Virus record (IMG/VR): IMGVR_UViG_3300009100_000007
DNA from: a virus
DNA: 46,325 nucleotides
Reading direction: 5' to 3' (one strand)
Shown piece by piece: positions 17,851 through 25,240 of this stretch (position 1 is its first letter; the number at the start of each line of letters is the position of its first letter). The position numbers and the translations under genes were made by a program. The notes under the pieces were generated by a model. It ran no database searches, had not been told where the DNA came from, and saw nothing but the letters and a program-made list of their open reading frames with translations.

Positions 17851-19868
17851 AGAAACTACTATTACTGTTCGCAATATTGCTAATGCCCGCATGGGCGGAG
17901 GCGGCGACCTACTATGTCAAGCAGGCCAGCACCAACACCACGACTTGTGCCCTTGCGACCAGCTCCACCGGCAACAATCCGGTGAACACTTTCAAGCGCG
18001 GGCTTGAGTGCATGGCAGGCGGCGACACCTTGCAATTGATGGCTGATGGCCTCGGCGGGACGGCGACTTATGAAGAGGATTTATACAGCACGAACACAAA
18101 TCCGCCTAGCGGTACAGCAGGCGCACATACGACGATCCGTACTTTCGGCACCGACACTATTCGGTTTACGCATAACAGCTCTCTCAATTTCTACAACGGC
18201 AATTTCGAGTACGTGGATTTTATCGGCGGCTGCACCACCGGCATCAATCGAGTCTGTAAAATGATTTGGGACGGAGGGGCAAACGGCGCAAATTTCGCTA
18301 TCGCAGGAGGGAATATTGCGTTCGGTGGAACACCAAACACACCCGCACATCACTTAATCTTTGATGGTATTCGCGTTACTGGATATTGGAACAACAACGG
18401 CATCTCGGGCGAGGCTAGCAACGTTACAATCAGGAACTCTCGTATCGATAACAACGGTATTGACTATTCAAGCTCTGGTTTTCCTGGCTACGGGTTTTAT
18501 ATCGCGGCGGCGTCAGGCTTCGTGCTTGAATTTTCTGAGATAGATAACAACGGGAATTGGGGAGTGCATCATTTCTCGTCTGGTCTAGATTATACCTGTT
18601 GTACAGGCGCTGTATTACGATTTAACATTTTTCGTAACAATGGCGTTACTAAGCCAGCGGCACAATCAAGCGGCGACGTGCTCATGGGCATGTCTAACAA
18701 CGCCAAGATTTATGGAAACTTAGTCTACGGCAGCGGCAGCGAGTATGGAATCCGCATTGATTATACTTCGCGGGATGCGCTTGTCTATAACAACACCGTT
18801 CACGGCAGTACCTACGCCGCTTATGGCCAAGGTGATGCTGCGGGCACTCCTCCACAAAACAACACGTTCATAAACAACATAGCGCACCCTACTGGCGTAG
18901 GGACTGCGTTTAGTCTAGGCACGTCAACTGGAAGTGTTTTTTCTAATAACCTTTGCAGTAGTTCAACAACCGGTTGTGACCCCTTATTGAGTGAATCGCC
19001 ATCGACGACATTCAACGACGTGGCGAGTAACAACTTCACCCTCAAGGCCGGTTCCAAGGCGATCAACGGCGGTACTGATTTGCCCTCTCCTTACAACAAG
19101 TCGATCGACGGCACCACACGCAACCCAGGATTCTTTGACGTAGGCGCCTACGAAACGACGATGATGGCCCCGTCATGCCCCGCCGCGTCGCCCGCGCTAG
19201 TAGCGAGCTACAGTTTTGAAGGGGTAGGGACCGACGGCACAGGCAACGGGCACACGGCAACGCTAGGGACAGGTTGGAGTTATACAACAGGCAAATTCGC
19301 GCAGGGCGCAGTCACGGACGGCACCGCGGGTATCACCGTAGCCGACGCTAACGACCTAGACTTTTGCGGCGGCTTTACTCTGATGGCTTGGGTCAATCTC
19401 CCCGACACGCTTAACGACTATGCGCTAATCGTAAAGAACCCCAACAGCAAATATTTTCTCTTCGCTTCCATATCGAACTACTGTGGCGCAGGTCGAATGA
19501 TGGGCGGTTATTCGCAAGACCCTACCTTCGTTGCTGCTTGCTATTCCAGTGCGCCGATCACAACCGGAATCTTTCAACACTTAGCTGTCACCTATGACTC
19601 GACGTTTCCAACCTCGAGCGTGAAGCTCTATATAAACGGCTCACAGATTGCCAGCGCGGACGGGACCGCGCTACTCGACGCAACCACCGGCACCCTGCAA
19701 TTTTGTGAATCAGGATTCGGCGAGATATGCCCCAGCGGCACGATCCTTGATGACGTGAAGATATTTAACTACGCACTAACCTCGCCGCAGATAATCACGG
19801 CAATGGGCGGCGCAGCGCGGACAGTCAAAGTTGCCACAGGGCAGACCGTGAAAGTAGGTCAGCAATGA
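17847..19868 (+). CDS. Signal-peptide-bearing right-handed beta-helix protein with C-terminal LamG/concanavalin-like domain (673 aa); putative tailspike/depolymerase
   Basis: MKKLLLLFAILLMPAWAEA-A. Repeated IRNSRIDNNGI / SEIDNNGNWG / FRNNG / YNNTVHG / INNIAH PbH1-like turns. The C-terminus FTLMAWVNL...HLAVTYD...VKLYINGSQ...LDDVKIFNYALT is Laminin_G_3-like. Confidence 0.7.
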   Translation: MKKLLLLFAILLMPAWAEAATYYVKQASTNTTTCALATSSTGNNPVNTFKRGLECMAGGDTLQLMADGLGGTATYEEDLYSTNTNPPSGTAGAHTTIRTFGTDTIRFTHNSSLNFYNGNFEYVDFIGGCTTGINRVCKMIWDGGANGANFAIAGGNIAFGGTPNTPAHHLIFDGIRVTGYWNNNGISGEASNVTIRNSRIDNNGIDYSSSGFPGYGFYIAAASGFVLEFSEIDNNGNWGVHHFSSGLDYTCCTGAVLRFNIFRNNGVTKPAAQSSGDVLMGMSNNAKIYGNLVYGSGSEYGIRIDYTSRDALVYNNTVHGSTYAAYGQGDAAGTPPQNNTFINNIAHPTGVGTAFSLGTSTGSVFSNNLCSSSTTGCDPLLSESPSTTFNDVASNNFTLKAGSKAINGGTDLPSPYNKSIDGTTRNPGFFDVGAYETTMMAPSCPAASPALVASYSFEGVGTDGTGNGHTATLGTGWSYTTGKFAQGAVTDGTAGITVADANDLDFCGGFTLMAWVNLPDTLNDYALIVKNPNSKYFLFASISNYCGAGRMMGGYSQDPTFVAACYSSAPITTGIFQHLAVTYDSTFPTSSVKLYINGSQIASADGTALLDATTGTLQFCESGFGEICPSGTILDDVKIFNYALTSPQIITAMGGAARTVKVATGQTVKVGQQ

Positions 19869-20179
19869 TTACAATTACGATCCTGTTATTTGCCGCTATT
19901 CTTCTGTCAGGTTGCAGCACAACTTGGTTCTCGTGCCAAACAGTAGCGACGTACAACAAGGATGGGGAATGGTCGTACAAGTCGTGCAAGAACCAGGAGA
20001 ATTTCAAGGCTTATGTGGGCACGGATAAGAATGGGCGCCAATTTATTGAAGTCGAAACAACCGCCACGACTGCCGAATCAGCTATCATTGCCGCGAGTAA
20101 AGGCATGGCGGTTGCGTTCGATTCTCTCAATAGACTGATTCCGATCCTCGAAAAAGCGGCGCTGACCGGCGGAAGCTAA
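19865..20179 (+). CDS. Lipoprotein (104 aa), possible spanin-like or lysis-associated
   Basis: MITITILLFAAILLSGC has a lipobox (LSGC). The ORF overlaps the upstream gene by ATGA and immediately precedes the lysozyme gene. Confidence 0.65.
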   Translation: MITITILLFAAILLSGCSTTWFSCQTVATYNKDGEWSYKSCKNQENFKAYVGTDKNGRQFIEVETTATTAESAIIAASKGMAVAFDSLNRLIPILEKAALTGGS

Positions 20180-20721
20180 TGACCCCGCTCGACGGCGCCG
20201 TTAGATATTACGATGCCGTTACCGCCGCCCTCAAGGGCTACCCGGCAGCTATAGATCCAGCCTTAATCATCGCCATAATCCTACAGGAATCAGCCGGGAA
20301 CCCTTGGGCCTATAACCCCGAGCCGCGCTACCGCTGGTTTTGGAACGTCCGAAACGATTCCCCCTTCAGAAAGATAAACGATATCGAGATTGCCTCCAAA
20401 ATACCCCCTAATGACTTCCCTTGCCTCATTGGCGACCCCGATCAGGAATGGTGGGGCCAACAAGCCAGTTGGGGTTTAATGCAGGTAATGGGCGCGGCGG
20501 CGAGGGAGCAGCACTTTCGCGGCCCGTACCTTACCGAGCTTTGCCACCCCTATCTAAATATCGAGTACGGTATCAAGCACTGGTGGAATTTTGCCTCCCA
20601 ATTCGGGCGACGGAGTTCGGAAGCATCCTTGTCGCGCTGGAACACCGGCAACGATAGGGACGGACGCAGTTACGCTAAATCGGTGCTCGACAAACTCCCC
20701 GCCGTCCAAGCCGCAGTCTAA
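20179..20721 (+). CDS. Lytic transglycosylase (SLT-domain) endolysin or virion lysozyme (180 aa)
   Basis: AIILQESAGNPWAYNPE contains the catalytic-Glu motif of SLT/goose-type lysozymes. WGLMQVMG and YN.G-like motifs lie downstream. No signal peptide. Confidence 0.85.
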   Translation: MTPLDGAVRYYDAVTAALKGYPAAIDPALIIAIILQESAGNPWAYNPEPRYRWFWNVRNDSPFRKINDIEIASKIPPNDFPCLIGDPDQEWWGQQASWGLMQVMGAAAREQHFRGPYLTELCHPYLNIEYGIKHWWNFASQFGRRSSEASLSRWNTGNDRDGRSYAKSVLDKLPAVQAAV

Positions 20722-20764
20722 ATTCCCCCGCCGAAAATTATTTTTAAAAAAAATAAAAAAGTAC

Positions 20765-20793
20765 TTGACATCAACACGTACACGCACTATAAC
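20765..20793 (+). promoter_or_regulatory. Sigma70-type early promoter: TTGACA - 17 nt - TATAAC, with an upstream A/T tract
   Basis: -35 at 20765..20770 and -10 at 20788..20793, read directly. Preceded by ttatttttaaaaaaaataaaaaag. Sits at the late-to-early operon boundary. Confidence 0.75.
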
Positions 20794-21048
20794 GTGTCCA
20801 TGAGAGCAAATCACATAGGGGGAAACGAGCCAGCTATGAGAAAGCAATTTCAATTTAACATAAGCGACGAAGATGCTTGGCGAGCGGTCAGAATAGCAAG
20901 GCGAGCAGAGGCAATGACCAAGGGAATGAAAACATTCAAGGAGCAATGGAAAGAGGAGCGAAAGAAGGCCAAGGAGAAAAAGAAGCATGAAGAAAAAAAT
21001 CTACAAGTCAACGATCACCTTCCGCGTAGACCCAAGCCTCAAGCGTGA
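20794..21048 (+). CDS. First early ORF, possibly RHH-like, Lys-rich C-terminus (start uncertain: 20794 GTG, 20800 ATG or 20836 ATG)
   Basis: Immediately downstream of the promoter. RKQFQFNISDEDAWRAVRIARRAEAM resembles an RHH strand-helix. Its 3' end overlaps the next ORF by 62 nt in another frame. Confidence 0.4.
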   Translation: MSMRANHIGGNEPAMRKQFQFNISDEDAWRAVRIARRAEAMTKGMKTFKEQWKEERKKAKEKKKHEEKNLQVNDHLPRRPKPQA

Positions 21049-21154
21049 AATTGTGAAAGCGGCAAAGGCGGCAAGGCTAACCCGCTCGGCATACGTAGAA
21101 CAGTTAGTCAAAAGGGCATGGGTATATGGTCTTGCGACCCCGGCACCACGATAG
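20987..21154 (+). CDS. Ribbon-helix-helix (CopG/Arc-like) DNA-binding protein (55 aa; below the ORF-track size cutoff)
   Basis: MKKKIYKSTITFRVDPSLKREIVKAAKAARLTRSAYVEQLVKRA is a textbook RHH pattern (beta strand, then two helices). Translated by hand; TAG at 21152..21154. Confidence 0.65.
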   Translation: MKKKIYKSTITFRVDPSLKREIVKAAKAARLTRSAYVEQLVKRAWVYGLATPAPR

Positions 21155-21170
21155 AAGGGAGAAAAATAAT

Positions 21171-21404
21171 ATGGCAATGACGAAAACCGATATCAAGCAC
21201 GGAACAGTCACAATCAATGAAGCGGCTGACTCCCTGAACGACAACATCGAGAGTCTAAGCAAGTCCGTTGACTGGGCCTGCGCCGAGATTGAACGGCTAC
21301 GCGCGGCAAATGTCAAGCTCACAGTGGAGAATATGGAATTGACGCTCAAGAACGATAATCTGATTTATTACATTAAAGCTAACATGGCGGCGAGGGTAAA
21401 TTGA
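21171..21404 (+). CDS. Coiled-coil hypothetical protein (77 aa)
   Basis: GAAGGGAG RBS 9 nt before the ATG at 21171, in the frame of track ORF 21126..21404. Confidence 0.6.
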   Translation: MAMTKTDIKHGTVTINEAADSLNDNIESLSKSVDWACAEIERLRAANVKLTVENMELTLKNDNLIYYIKANMAARVN

Positions 21405-21505
21405 AACGCTTCATTTGCAAAATCCTCAGCATCCTATTTCCGGCACCTAAAAGTTTGACAGCGGAAAAGATCCTAATAGTCAACATGAAAGGGATCAACC
21501 GATGA
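21401..21505 (+). CDS. Possible small ORF (34 aa, TTG start)
   Basis: Bridges two genes with TTGA and ATGA overlaps at both ends. No other support. Confidence 0.3.
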   Translation: MKRFICKILSILFPAPKSLTAEKILIVNMKGINR

Positions 21506-21657
21506 AAAAGGAACTATTGGAACAGCTTAAGGTGATATTGCCGCTGACCGGAATAATCCTGCTCGCGCTGCTCCTATGGCGAGCGCCGGCATGGGGCTCG
21601 ACGTACTGCATCGATATCGGCGGCTCGACGTACTGCATCGATTTCCCAGACGAGTAA
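21502..21657 (+). CDS. Small membrane peptide with duplicated GSTYCID motif (51 aa)
   Basis: MKKELLEQLKVILPLTGIILLALLLWRAPAW-GSTYCIDIG-GSTYCIDFPDE. Contains the 21-nt direct repeat at 21595..21615 and 21622..21642. Confidence 0.5.
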   Translation: MKKELLEQLKVILPLTGIILLALLLWRAPAWGSTYCIDIGGSTYCIDFPDE

Positions 21658-21672
21658 GGAAGGAAAAGATAA

Positions 21673-21825
21673 ATGGGGCGTAAAAATCCGATGATAGTAA
21701 AAGCTCGTTGTCCACAATGCGATAAGGAAATTTCTCGACGTATGGGAAACTTAGGCGGGCGCGCCGTTAAGCGTTGGCTTGATGTAGCAATAGATAAGCA
21801 TTTAACGAAGGTGCATCGGAAGTAG
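21673..21825 (+). CDS. Small basic protein with CPQC motif (50 aa)
   Basis: AAGGAAGGAAAAG RBS before the ATG at 21673. Translated by hand; TAG at 21823..21825. Confidence 0.5.
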   Translation: MGRKNPMIVKARCPQCDKEISRRMGNLGGRAVKRWLDVAIDKHLTKVHRK

Positions 21826-21838
21826 GGGAGCAAATCCA

Positions 21839-22030
21839 ATGACTCGACCAATCAATGAACTCTTTGCCGCTCGCAGAACAAACCGCTTCCGTCATAATAA
21901 GAAGCTGCGCCAGCCTCTCAATCTGGATATGCTTATCGGCTGGTTTTGCTCTGCGGTGATAATTGTTGCCGCTTGGTCTTTGGCGTTCTGGCTTATCCGG
22001 TGGGCGTGGAATTATTGGGGTGGGCAATGA
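21839..22030 (+). CDS. Small membrane protein (63 aa)
   Basis: One hydrophobic helix (LIGWFCSAVIIVAAWSLAFWLI). Stop overlaps the next start (ATGA). Confidence 0.55.
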   Translation: MTRPINELFAARRTNRFRHNKKLRQPLNLDMLIGWFCSAVIIVAAWSLAFWLIRWAWNYWGGQ

Positions 22031-22242
22031 AAATAGAAATAATTCGCAAACTAGCATCACGCGCAGCAGAATTAGAAGAAATCAACGCCGCGCTCGTGGC
22101 CGCGCTGAAAAACTTAGCCGAGCAAGTTAGGTCACATCAACGCCCGCATAATTGCCCTGGCTTTGATTGCTCAACATGCACGCCAGTTGAGGCGCTATCT
22201 GATGCCGAAGCCGCGCTCGCACTAGCCAAGGGGGAGAAATGA
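22027..22242 (+). CDS. Hypothetical protein (71 aa)
   Basis: ATG at 22027 is coupled by ATGA on both sides. Same frame as track ORF 21946..22242. Confidence 0.55.
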   Translation: MKIEIIRKLASRAAELEEINAALVAALKNLAEQVRSHQRPHNCPGFDCSTCTPVEALSDAEAALALAKGEK

Positions 22243-22418
22243 AACCAAGCAACCACAGCCACTATTGCCCTAAGTGCAAGGGCCACAAATGGTGCGAGCA
22301 AATCACGCATTGCCGAAAACCCGACGTGAGCGTGTGCATGGACTGTCAGCCCGAAAGCCTATCAACCGACCGCGCCGAAGAACACTTCGCAGAAACAGGG
22401 AAATGGGGGATAAAATGA
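22239..22418 (+). CDS. Cys-rich zinc-finger-like protein (59 aa; below the track cutoff)
   Basis: MKPSNHSHYCPKCKGHKWCEQITHCRKPDVSVCMDCQ..., translated by hand. ATGA overlaps at both ends. Confidence 0.55.
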   Translation: MKPSNHSHYCPKCKGHKWCEQITHCRKPDVSVCMDCQPESLSTDRAEEHFAETGKWGIK

Positions 22419-22606
22419 ATAGATGGGGAAGTTATGACGACTACGCTAGAGAGATAGACGAACTCGCCGAGCGCCAAGCGCATGACGAAAGCCAATGCGA
22501 GGGTTTGCCGTTATGCTCCTATTGCCTGGATGAGTGGGAACAGTCGAACCAGGAAGAATGGGAACGGCAGCGCAACGCCGCGAACGAAAGGCAAGCAAAG
22601 AAATGA
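22415..22606 (+). CDS. Hypothetical acidic protein with CSYC motif (63 aa)
   Basis: ATG at 22415 is coupled to the upstream stop. The upstream part of track ORF 22274..22606 overlaps the better-supported 22239 ORF. Confidence 0.5.
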   Translation: MNRWGSYDDYAREIDELAERQAHDESQCEGLPLCSYCLDEWEQSNQEEWERQRNAANERQAKK

Positions 22607-22965
22607 GCAAGCCGGAACGCAGCGAGTTAGAGAAGCGCATCGTATTGGCCGAAGAGTACGGCCAGAAATATGCTTCGCTGCACGAGATTGCGTTGCAGCT
22701 AAGTGAAGATAAATCGAATTACTTAGCCGCGCTTATGAATGACTTGGAGAGTAACCACGGCAATACGATGTCAGAAAAAAAGCTAGAGCGGCTAGCCCGC
22801 GGCTCTAAACAGTACCGCGAATACATCAAGAATATGTGCATAGCCAAGGGTGAAGAGTTACGGGCCAAGGTTCGTTACGAAAATGCCCGCGACTTTTTCG
22901 AGGCTGGGCGCAGTCAGGAATCGACCGAGCGCGAAAAGATGAGAACGCTAAAATTTATTCCGTAA
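22603..22965 (+). CDS. Hypothetical helical protein (120 aa)
   Basis: ATG at 22603 overlaps the upstream TGA. Precedes the SSB-like and exonuclease genes. Confidence 0.6.
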   Translation: MSKPERSELEKRIVLAEEYGQKYASLHEIALQLSEDKSNYLAALMNDLESNHGNTMSEKKLERLARGSKQYREYIKNMCIAKGEELRAKVRYENARDFFEAGRSQESTEREKMRTLKFIP

Positions 22966-22979
22966 CCATAGGGGGAAAC

Positions 22980-23426
22980 ATGCAACTGCACATTGACTCG
23001 TTTAGCGACTTAAAAGTAACCGACAGGGGACCATCGGCGAAAATTAAATGTGGCAATAATTCTTATTTTGTTAATGAAGATCCGGCGAACCTTGTAGGGA
23101 AAAACGTCGAAGCAGAGGTCACAGAAAAAACCTCGGCTAAAGGAAATAAGTATTCCGTCGCCAAGATCACTAAAGTCTACGAAGCAACGGCAGCGAACAG
23201 CAACGGCAATAACAACGGAGCAATCACCTGGGATGCTTACCGCGCGATGGCGGAAGCGGCGCATGAGCTGGCGATGAAGTTAGAGCCAGACGATGTTAAT
23301 GATGAGGGTAAAATGACAAGTGACCGCTCCGCAGCCCGCGCAGCAATCCTAAACACCGTCATGATTGCCTACAGCAACGGGAAAATATTTGTTCCAGAAG
23401 AAGAGGACGATATTCCGCCGTTCTGA
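22980..23426 (+). CDS. SSB-like ssDNA-binding protein (148 aa)
   Basis: The C-terminal EEEDDIPPF is the acidic SSB-tail motif (DDDIPF type). The N-terminal half looks OB-fold-like. Adjacent to the exonuclease. Confidence 0.55.
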   Translation: MQLHIDSFSDLKVTDRGPSAKIKCGNNSYFVNEDPANLVGKNVEAEVTEKTSAKGNKYSVAKITKVYEATAANSNGNNNGAITWDAYRAMAEAAHELAMKLEPDDVNDEGKMTSDRSAARAAILNTVMIAYSNGKIFVPEEEDDIPPF

Positions 23427-23435
23427 GGTGCAACC

Positions 23436-24110
23436 ATGCAATACACCAATAAGCACAACCTACCCGAAGCATTGGTAAAGGCGCTGGTCTTTGACGACTA
23501 CGACTATGAAAAGGCCGGCGATATATCGGCGACCGGCCTGATTCAGCCGCCACGCATCGGCCAACTAACCAAGCGGCACAGTAAAGAGATCACCGAGGAC
23601 GTAAGCGATCTTATCTGGCGCATGGCCGGCAGTATCGGCCACAAGATCATCGAGCGCGGCGCACCGTTTGACACTTTCAGTGAGGAAAGGTTATCAACGC
23701 AGCTCCACGGTTGGACGATCACCGGGAAGGTTGATTTGATGCGGACGCACAACGGTTACGCTCATCAGCGCGACAAGTACGCAATCGAAGATTTTAAATT
23801 CCGCTCGGTATGGGCGGCTAAGGATGCAAAGCCCGAGGATGAGGCACAGTTAAACATCTATGCGACCCTTGCTAGGCATAACAGATTTGAGATCGAACTA
23901 CTCCGCATTATCAGTGTGCTCCGCGACTGGTCAAAGCTCAGGGCATCACGAGAGCCGGATTATCCGCAGGTGGGCGTGGTGGTGCGCGAGGTGCCTCTCT
24001 GGTCAGTCGAAGAGCAGGAAGCGTTTCTAGGGCAACGGGTGCGCGCACACCAGCAGGCCGAGAAGCTAGCCGACGATGATTTGCCGCTTTGCACCGAGGA
24101 AGAACGATGA
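23436..24110 (+). CDS. PD-(D/E)XK (Cas4/RecB-like) exonuclease, portion up to an in-frame TGA (224 aa)
   Basis: GKVDLM ... IEDFKF nuclease core. Ends LPLCTEEER-TGA at 24108..24110. Confidence 0.8.
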   Translation: MQYTNKHNLPEALVKALVFDDYDYEKAGDISATGLIQPPRIGQLTKRHSKEITEDVSDLIWRMAGSIGHKIIERGAPFDTFSEERLSTQLHGWTITGKVDLMRTHNGYAHQRDKYAIEDFKFRSVWAAKDAKPEDEAQLNIYATLARHNRFEIELLRIISVLRDWSKLRASREPDYPQVGVVVREVPLWSVEEQEAFLGQRVRAHQQAEKLADDDLPLCTEEER

Positions 24111-24380
24111 CACAAGCCGGATGTTTGGGCGGTAAAAAAGAAAGGCGGCAAGCGGGCTATTCCCGGCGGTTTATTCACCGATGAAAACGCTGCGGCTGCG
24201 TATGTGGCGAGAAATTCCGTAATCGAGGTAAAGCCGACGTATGAAATAGAATACCGGCCCGGCGAGGATGTTCGCTGTTTAAATTACTGCGCGGTTAAGG
24301 AGTTTTGCAGTTACGGAAAAACATTAACCAACGGAGGAGGAAATAGCATCGATGACACCGAAGGAAAGACAAATGTTTGA
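24111..24380 (+). other. In-frame continuation of the exonuclease beyond TGA 24108: 89 codons encoding the Cys-cluster C-terminus
   Basis: HKPDVWAVKKKGGKRAIPGG...EYRPGEDVRCLNYCAVKEFCSYGK. No start codon at its beginning. C-x3-C-x5-C complements the Cys upstream of the TGA. Next stop is TGA 24378..24380. Confidence 0.6.
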
Positions 24381-24534
24381 CGCATTGGTGCAAATAGCGC
24401 ACCGTGATTGCGCTAGTTTCTGCGGACTGGTTGCCAGAAAGATGATCGAGAAAATGCGCGACCACAAGATTGAGGAAATAATCACCACGAGCGAGGAAGT
24501 GATAGAGGTTTATAACAGGACGTTTAACAAGTGA
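24352..24534 (+). CDS. Hypothetical protein (60 aa)
   Basis: GGAGGAGG RBS upstream of the ATG at 24352. Confidence 0.6.
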   Translation: MTPKERQMFDALVQIAHRDCASFCGLVARKMIEKMRDHKIEEIITTSEEVIEVYNRTFNK

Positions 24535-24581
24535 CAGGGATAAGTACCAAGCAAAAATAAAGACGGTAAAAACGGGGGAAA

Positions 24582-24941
24582 ATGGAACAATCAAAGCCGG
24601 GTACTAAGTTAAGTCCGCAGTTAAAGGCCGTAGTGGAGCCGATCTATAGGAGAGATCCGAAGCGTTACCAGCGGTTATGCCAGTTTGTATGGACAATGCA
24701 GAAACAAGGTTGGCCGGATGAGGCGATAGCGCATTGCTTAAAGCTCGCAGACCCGCACCTGGATCACTTGACAAGCTGGTGGGCTTATCTGGTAAAGCGA
24801 ATGCCGCTCGGCAAGGCCCGAGCAAGCGAGCAGGAATCGGACAAGCACAAGTGTGAAGTCGGCCAGCTCGCGCAAGAGTTTGTGAACTTTTTAAAGGCGA
24901 GACATGACGCGCAACGAAACGACGCGAACGAAAAATCCTGA
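24582..24941 (+). CDS. Hypothetical protein (119 aa)
   Basis: ACGGGGGAA RBS before the ATG. Last ORF before the ORF-free island. Confidence 0.65.
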   Translation: MEQSKPGTKLSPQLKAVVEPIYRRDPKRYQRLCQFVWTMQKQGWPDEAIAHCLKLADPHLDHLTSWWAYLVKRMPLGKARASEQESDKHKCEVGQLAQEFVNFLKARHDAQRNDANEKS

Positions 24942-25159
24942 AAGCAGGTAGGATGGATGCGGACTCCTTAAAGTCTGGGGAAACCCACCTCACTCAGCGC
25001 CGAGGGCAAGGCGCGCGATCACGTTGCCGGTTGCGGCACCCGGTTTTAATTCAGAAGTAGCCGTAGCGCGATGAGCCGTCAACCCATAACTATGAAAGTG
25101 ACGGCACGACCGAGCATCGTTTACTTGAAACGTGGTCAGGATATAGAGTCCAAGAAACT

Positions 25160-25191
25160 AAAAAACCACCCATAGTTTGCTACAGGTGGTT
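25160..25191 (-). terminator. Rho-independent terminator (minus strand)
   Basis: Minus-strand RNA AACCACCUGUAG-CAAA-CUAUGGGUGGUU followed by UUUUUU. The 10-bp stem has two G.U pairs that become C.A mismatches on the plus strand, so it is strand-specific. Confidence 0.65.
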
Positions 25192-25234
25192 GATTAGCCG
25201 AGGACTGACCGAACAGCCATCGAATTGTACAGCG
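25160..25234 (-). ncRNA. Candidate ~75-nt small RNA (own promoter and intrinsic terminator)
   Basis: Bounded by the promoter at 25241..25270 and the terminator at 25160..25191 on the minus strand. The only internal ORF is 8 codons with no RBS. The 5' end is estimated from -10 spacing. Confidence 0.5.
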
Positions 25235-25240
25235 ACTCCC

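Noticed and set aside
21595-21642. Mini-CRISPR array
   Set aside because: Only two 21-nt copies with a 6-nt spacer, lying inside a coding sequence.
24961-24976. tRNA-like anticodon hairpin (GGACT/AGTCT stem with a TTA-containing loop), checked as a possible suppressor tRNA
   Set aside because: The loop is 6 nt rather than 7, with no U33 equivalent. No acceptor, D or T-arm (GTTCRANYC) can be built from the flanks.
24604-24993. 129-aa minus-strand ORF opposite 24582..24941
   Set aside because: It is fully antisense to an RBS-supported plus ORF within a plus-strand operon, and its product is Arg/Ser/Ala-rich.
25026-25050. Plus-strand terminator after 24582..24941 (GCCGG-9 nt-CCGGT followed by TTTTAATT)
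   Set aside because: Only 4-5 bp including a G.U pair, which is too weak to call. Mentioned only as a possibility.
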